Positions 61,202-64,000 of a stretch of 64,000 bases of DNA are shown piece by piece. This DNA is from Candidatus Poribacteria bacterium (GTDB lineage: Bacteria > Poribacteria > WGA-4E > WGA-3G). The position numbers and the translations under genes are program-made. The notes under the pieces were generated by a model, which was not told where the DNA came from, did not search any database, and saw nothing but the letters and a program-made list of their open reading frames with translations. Position 1 is the first letter of the stretch, and the number at the start of each line of letters is the position of its first letter. Location of the stretch: contig OZ219753.1 of NCBI GenBank assembly GCA_964291315.2, forward strand, positions 480,001 through 544,000, given 5' to 3'.

Positions 61202-63106
61202 TCAAAACGACGCTCCTAAACTGACATGAATTTTCCCTTTTAACACGGAATCTCCAGCGGCGAGCCCGTAGTTCAATCGTAAGATGCCTCCTTTCGATTC
61301 GAGCCTCGCGCCAAGTCCGTAGCCAACTCGAAGTCTGTTGAAAGTAGAGGGGGTTTCAACCAACGTCACAGCTCCTAAATCCGTGAAAATAAAAATCTGG
61401 GAGTCGGATCCGACAAGATACCGATATTCGATGTTTGCATACACGCGCCGCGGGCCGGAGAACCAGTCCTCATCATATCCGCGCAACGTGGTTGCTCCAC
61501 CTAGATAGAAGAGCTCTGTCGGCGGAATATTAACCCCCCATGCTGCAGCACCGTGAAGCTCTACCGCCACTGTCTGCTTCCGCCACGTCGGGAAATATTG
61601 TTGCAGGGAAAACCAAACCTTCCGAAGCCGAAAATCGCTCCGTGATACCTCAAGGGCGATGCTGTCGCGACGTCCCCGCGTCGGATTGAGAAAATAATCG
61701 CGGGTATCGCGAGCCAACCGGAATGTAACGCTATACTTCGTCCCACTATACGGCTCCCCGGCCACCCACGGCGCGGCAATCGGAGCTTGAACCTCAAGGG
61801 ACCTCCCCGCTATTGGGGATCGAGCCATGTCTGGCACATTAATCTGCTTATATCCTAACGTCATAGCGCCCTCAAAGATCCGTCCAAAGTTTGTAGTTAT
61901 GCTCACACTGCTTGAACGCTCTTCCGAGACCGTTCTATTGTCGCCAAGTGTAGACGCCGCAACCTGTTCTCCATTAAAATTCTGCTGTTTAAGTTGTCCA
62001 TATTCTACGCTAATCGTTACCGGTTTCCCAAGTATCCACGGCTCTGCGTAACTGAGGCGGAGGATTCTAAGCAGCCCAGATTTCCAATAGAAGTTGAAAC
62101 GTCTACCTGTTCCTAACAAATTGGTTTCACTAGCTTCCAAAATACCAGTGAGTTGTGGAGCCTCATTAACTTCGGAATCCGGCGGTGCATATCCGATCAC
62201 CCCACTCAGGCGCCCAGTTTTTGCTTCTGTTACTTGCGCATGGAAGTTAATTCTATCTGCCATTTTGCCTGCCTCTAACACATTCGGGTTAATCTGGTAG
62301 AAGTAGCCTAAATTGCGCAGTCGGCGGTAACTTGTGTCAATAGCGCGTTGATCAAAACGCTGGTTAGGTTTCACCGAAATTTCTCGGAGGACCACCTCGC
62401 TTCTCGTTTTCTGGAGACCGCTCACTTTGACCTCGCCGATCCGAATCTGAGAACCTTCACGAATATGCAATTCAAAGTCAACGGTAGCTGCCTCCGGCGA
62501 TAATCGAATGTCCCTCGGTTCAATCTCAATCTTCGGGTAACCGTTTTCACTGTATAACGTCTGTAACCGGCGAATTCCGTTGACGAATGCAGCCTCCGTA
62601 AACACGCTACCGCGTTTTAAGCCGGCCTCGGCACGAATCTCATCCGCAGAAAAGCGTTGGTTTCCTGTAAAACTCAACGCACCTATCCGGATCTGTCTGC
62701 CTTCCGTAATCTTTACCCGAATAGACACATACGGTTCGCTTTCAGTAATCGATGAAACGTCCGGTACCATTTTTACAAATACAAACCCGTCTTTCCGATA
62801 AGCCGCAAGGATCCGTTCAAATCCATCTCTGATTTCCGACTCAGAATATGCCTTTTCCACCTGCCAGTTAAATAAGTCGGTCAATCTTCTCTGATTTAAA
62901 CGCTCGTTTCCATCAAAACGGAGTTGCTGAATATAATAGTGCGGTTCAGTGGTTTTATTTTCTATGCTATTGCTAACAGCTGCCTCTTCCAAGTCGCGAC
63001 TTTCATTTCTGTCATCGCTACTGTGCAAAGCTTCAAGTCTTCCAAAGATACAGAAAAGTGAAAAACTGATCAATATAAAGGCGGAGCGGAGTCTCTGTTT
63101 GTACAT
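61202..63106 (-). CDS. BamA/TamA-family outer-membrane protein with POTRA domains
   Basis: POTRA repeats (FTGN, LY...GY, I.EG), NLLGTG, LGG.TTLRGY and a C-terminal Phe. Confidence 0.88.
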   Translation of the reverse strand: MYKQRLRSAFILISFSLFCIFGRLEALHSSDDRNESRDLEEAAVSNSIENKTTEPHYYIQQLRFDGNERLNQRRLTDLFNWQVEKAYSESEIRDGFERILAAYRKDGFVFVKMVPDVSSITESEPYVSIRVKITEGRQIRIGALSFTGNQRFSADEIRAEAGLKRGSVFTEAAFVNGIRRLQTLYSENGYPKIEIEPRDIRLSPEAATVDFELHIREGSQIRIGEVKVSGLQKTRSEVVLREISVKPNQRFDQRAIDTSYRRLRNLGYFYQINPNVLEAGKMADRINFHAQVTEAKTGRLSGVIGYAPPDSEVNEAPQLTGILEASETNLLGTGRRFNFYWKSGLLRILRLSYAEPWILGKPVTISVEYGQLKQQNFNGEQVAASTLGDNRTVSEERSSSVSITTNFGRIFEGAMTLGYKQINVPDMARSPIAGRSLEVQAPIAAPWVAGEPYSGTKYSVTFRLARDTRDYFLNPTRGRRDSIALEVSRSDFRLRKVWFSLQQYFPTWRKQTVAVELHGAAAWGVNIPPTELFYLGGATTLRGYDEDWFSGPRRVYANIEYRYLVGSDSQIFIFTDLGAVTLVETPSTFNRLRVGYGLGARLESKGGILRLNYGLAAGDSVLKGKIHVSLGASF

Positions 63107-63270
63107 CTATTGTCTCCATTGAGTCTACATCTATTGCAATGATATTTTAGCATGTCCAGTGTGATGAAGGCAAACCGCCTTGTCTTTACGACTCATAATC
63201 CACGCGCAGTGCCGTACGCACATTCGGCAGACATATCTTTCCTTGTAGTAGGAGCAAGCTCAAGAAAAAT

Positions 63271-63299
63271 TTGATAAAAATTGGAGAACATGGTATAAT
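63271..63299 (+). promoter_or_regulatory. sigma70 promoter
   Basis: TTGATA, a 17-nt spacer ending TGG, then TATAAT. Confidence 0.65.
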
Positions 63300-63391
63300 A
63301 TTATCTACATTGCTTAAACCAAATAATTTATTTCAGAAAAAATTGGCAATATGGGTAGAATAGTTGTACCCGTCAGGAGTCCGTGTAAGTT

Positions 63392-64000
63392 ATGCTAAAC
63401 GCTCTATTAATTTATCCCAAATTTCCGCCTTCTTATTGGGGATTTAAATATGCCTTAGATTTCCTTGGGAAAAGATCCTCAATGCCACCGCTCGGGTTAT
63501 TGACTATCGCTGGAATGTTCCCGAAAAATTATAACCTAAAAGTCGTTGATGTTAATATTGAACCCCTTACTGATAAACATATCCAGTGGGCAGATGTCGC
63601 TTTCACATCAACAATGATTGTTCAAAAATCTTCCCTTTATGAGGTTGCTGAGCGTTGCAATCGAGCAGGCGTTCCCATTATCGCAGGAGGACCGCATCCG
63701 ACATCTTACTACGATAATATCAAAGCAGAAACTGATGCGACGATCAACCATTTTCTTTTTGGAGAAGTTGAAGAAACCTTTGAAGACTTCTTAACCGATT
63801 TTGAAAGTGGAAACGCAAAAGAGGTTTACCGCGAAGCCCGCAAACCGGATATCACAAAAACCCCTGCACCTCGCTACGATCTTATCGATATTAATTCGTA
63901 TGGATCAATGGCACTCCAATTCTCACGCGGTTGTCCCTTCAATTGCGAATTTTGTGATATTACGAAGTTGTTTGGGCGGGTACCTCGCACAAAAAGTAAC
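63392..64000 (+). CDS. B12-binding-domain radical SAM protein, 3'-truncated by the window edge
   Basis: Not in the ORF track. Translated by hand: MLNALLIYPKFPPSYWGF...PPLGLLT...GGPHP...RGCPFNCEFCD. Confidence 0.88.
   Translation, partial: MLNALLIYPKFPPSYWGFKYALDFLGKRSSMPPLGLLTIAGMFPKNYNLKVVDVNIEPLTDKHIQWADVAFTSTMIVQKSSLYEVAERCNRAGVPIIAGGPHPTSYYDNIKAETDATINHFLFGEVEETFEDFLTDFESGNAKEVYREARKPDITKTPAPRYDLIDINSYGSMALQFSRGCPFNCEFCDITKLFGRVPRTKSN

Overview
The window is a bacterial chromosome segment. Its gene content (FlgD/T9SS-type C-terminal domains, DUF6785 membrane protein, sulfatase, CotH-ankyrin protein, C25 peptidase) resembles Candidatus Poribacteria; this taxonomy is inference only. The backbone carries serS, bioB, pyrK, LPS glycosyltransferases, seven tRNAs, tig-clpP-clpX-lon, pdxA, purE and a BamA/TamA protein. 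Two accessory regions stand out. (1) About 10.3-21.7 kb holds a diversity-generating retroelement (DGR): avd (14812-15159), RT (15156-16214) and three FGE-sulfatase/C-type-lectin-fold target ORFs carrying five variable repeats, two of them internal to tandem-domain proteins. The expected template repeat at about 16283-16414 is a chimera. Its 5' half is adenine-intact template. Its 3' half is already mutagenised and runs in frame into a target ORF that lacks its N-terminus. A protealysin-emfourin pair and a patatin also lie in this island. (2) About 31-37.7 kb holds Uma2, a DUF499 ATPase and a DUF1156 methyltransferase that is frameshifted at poly-C tracts, a candidate phase-variable defence locus. 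GTAG-type REP palindromes and a MITE-like end motif are dispersed around both islands. All alignments were done by eye; no searches were run.
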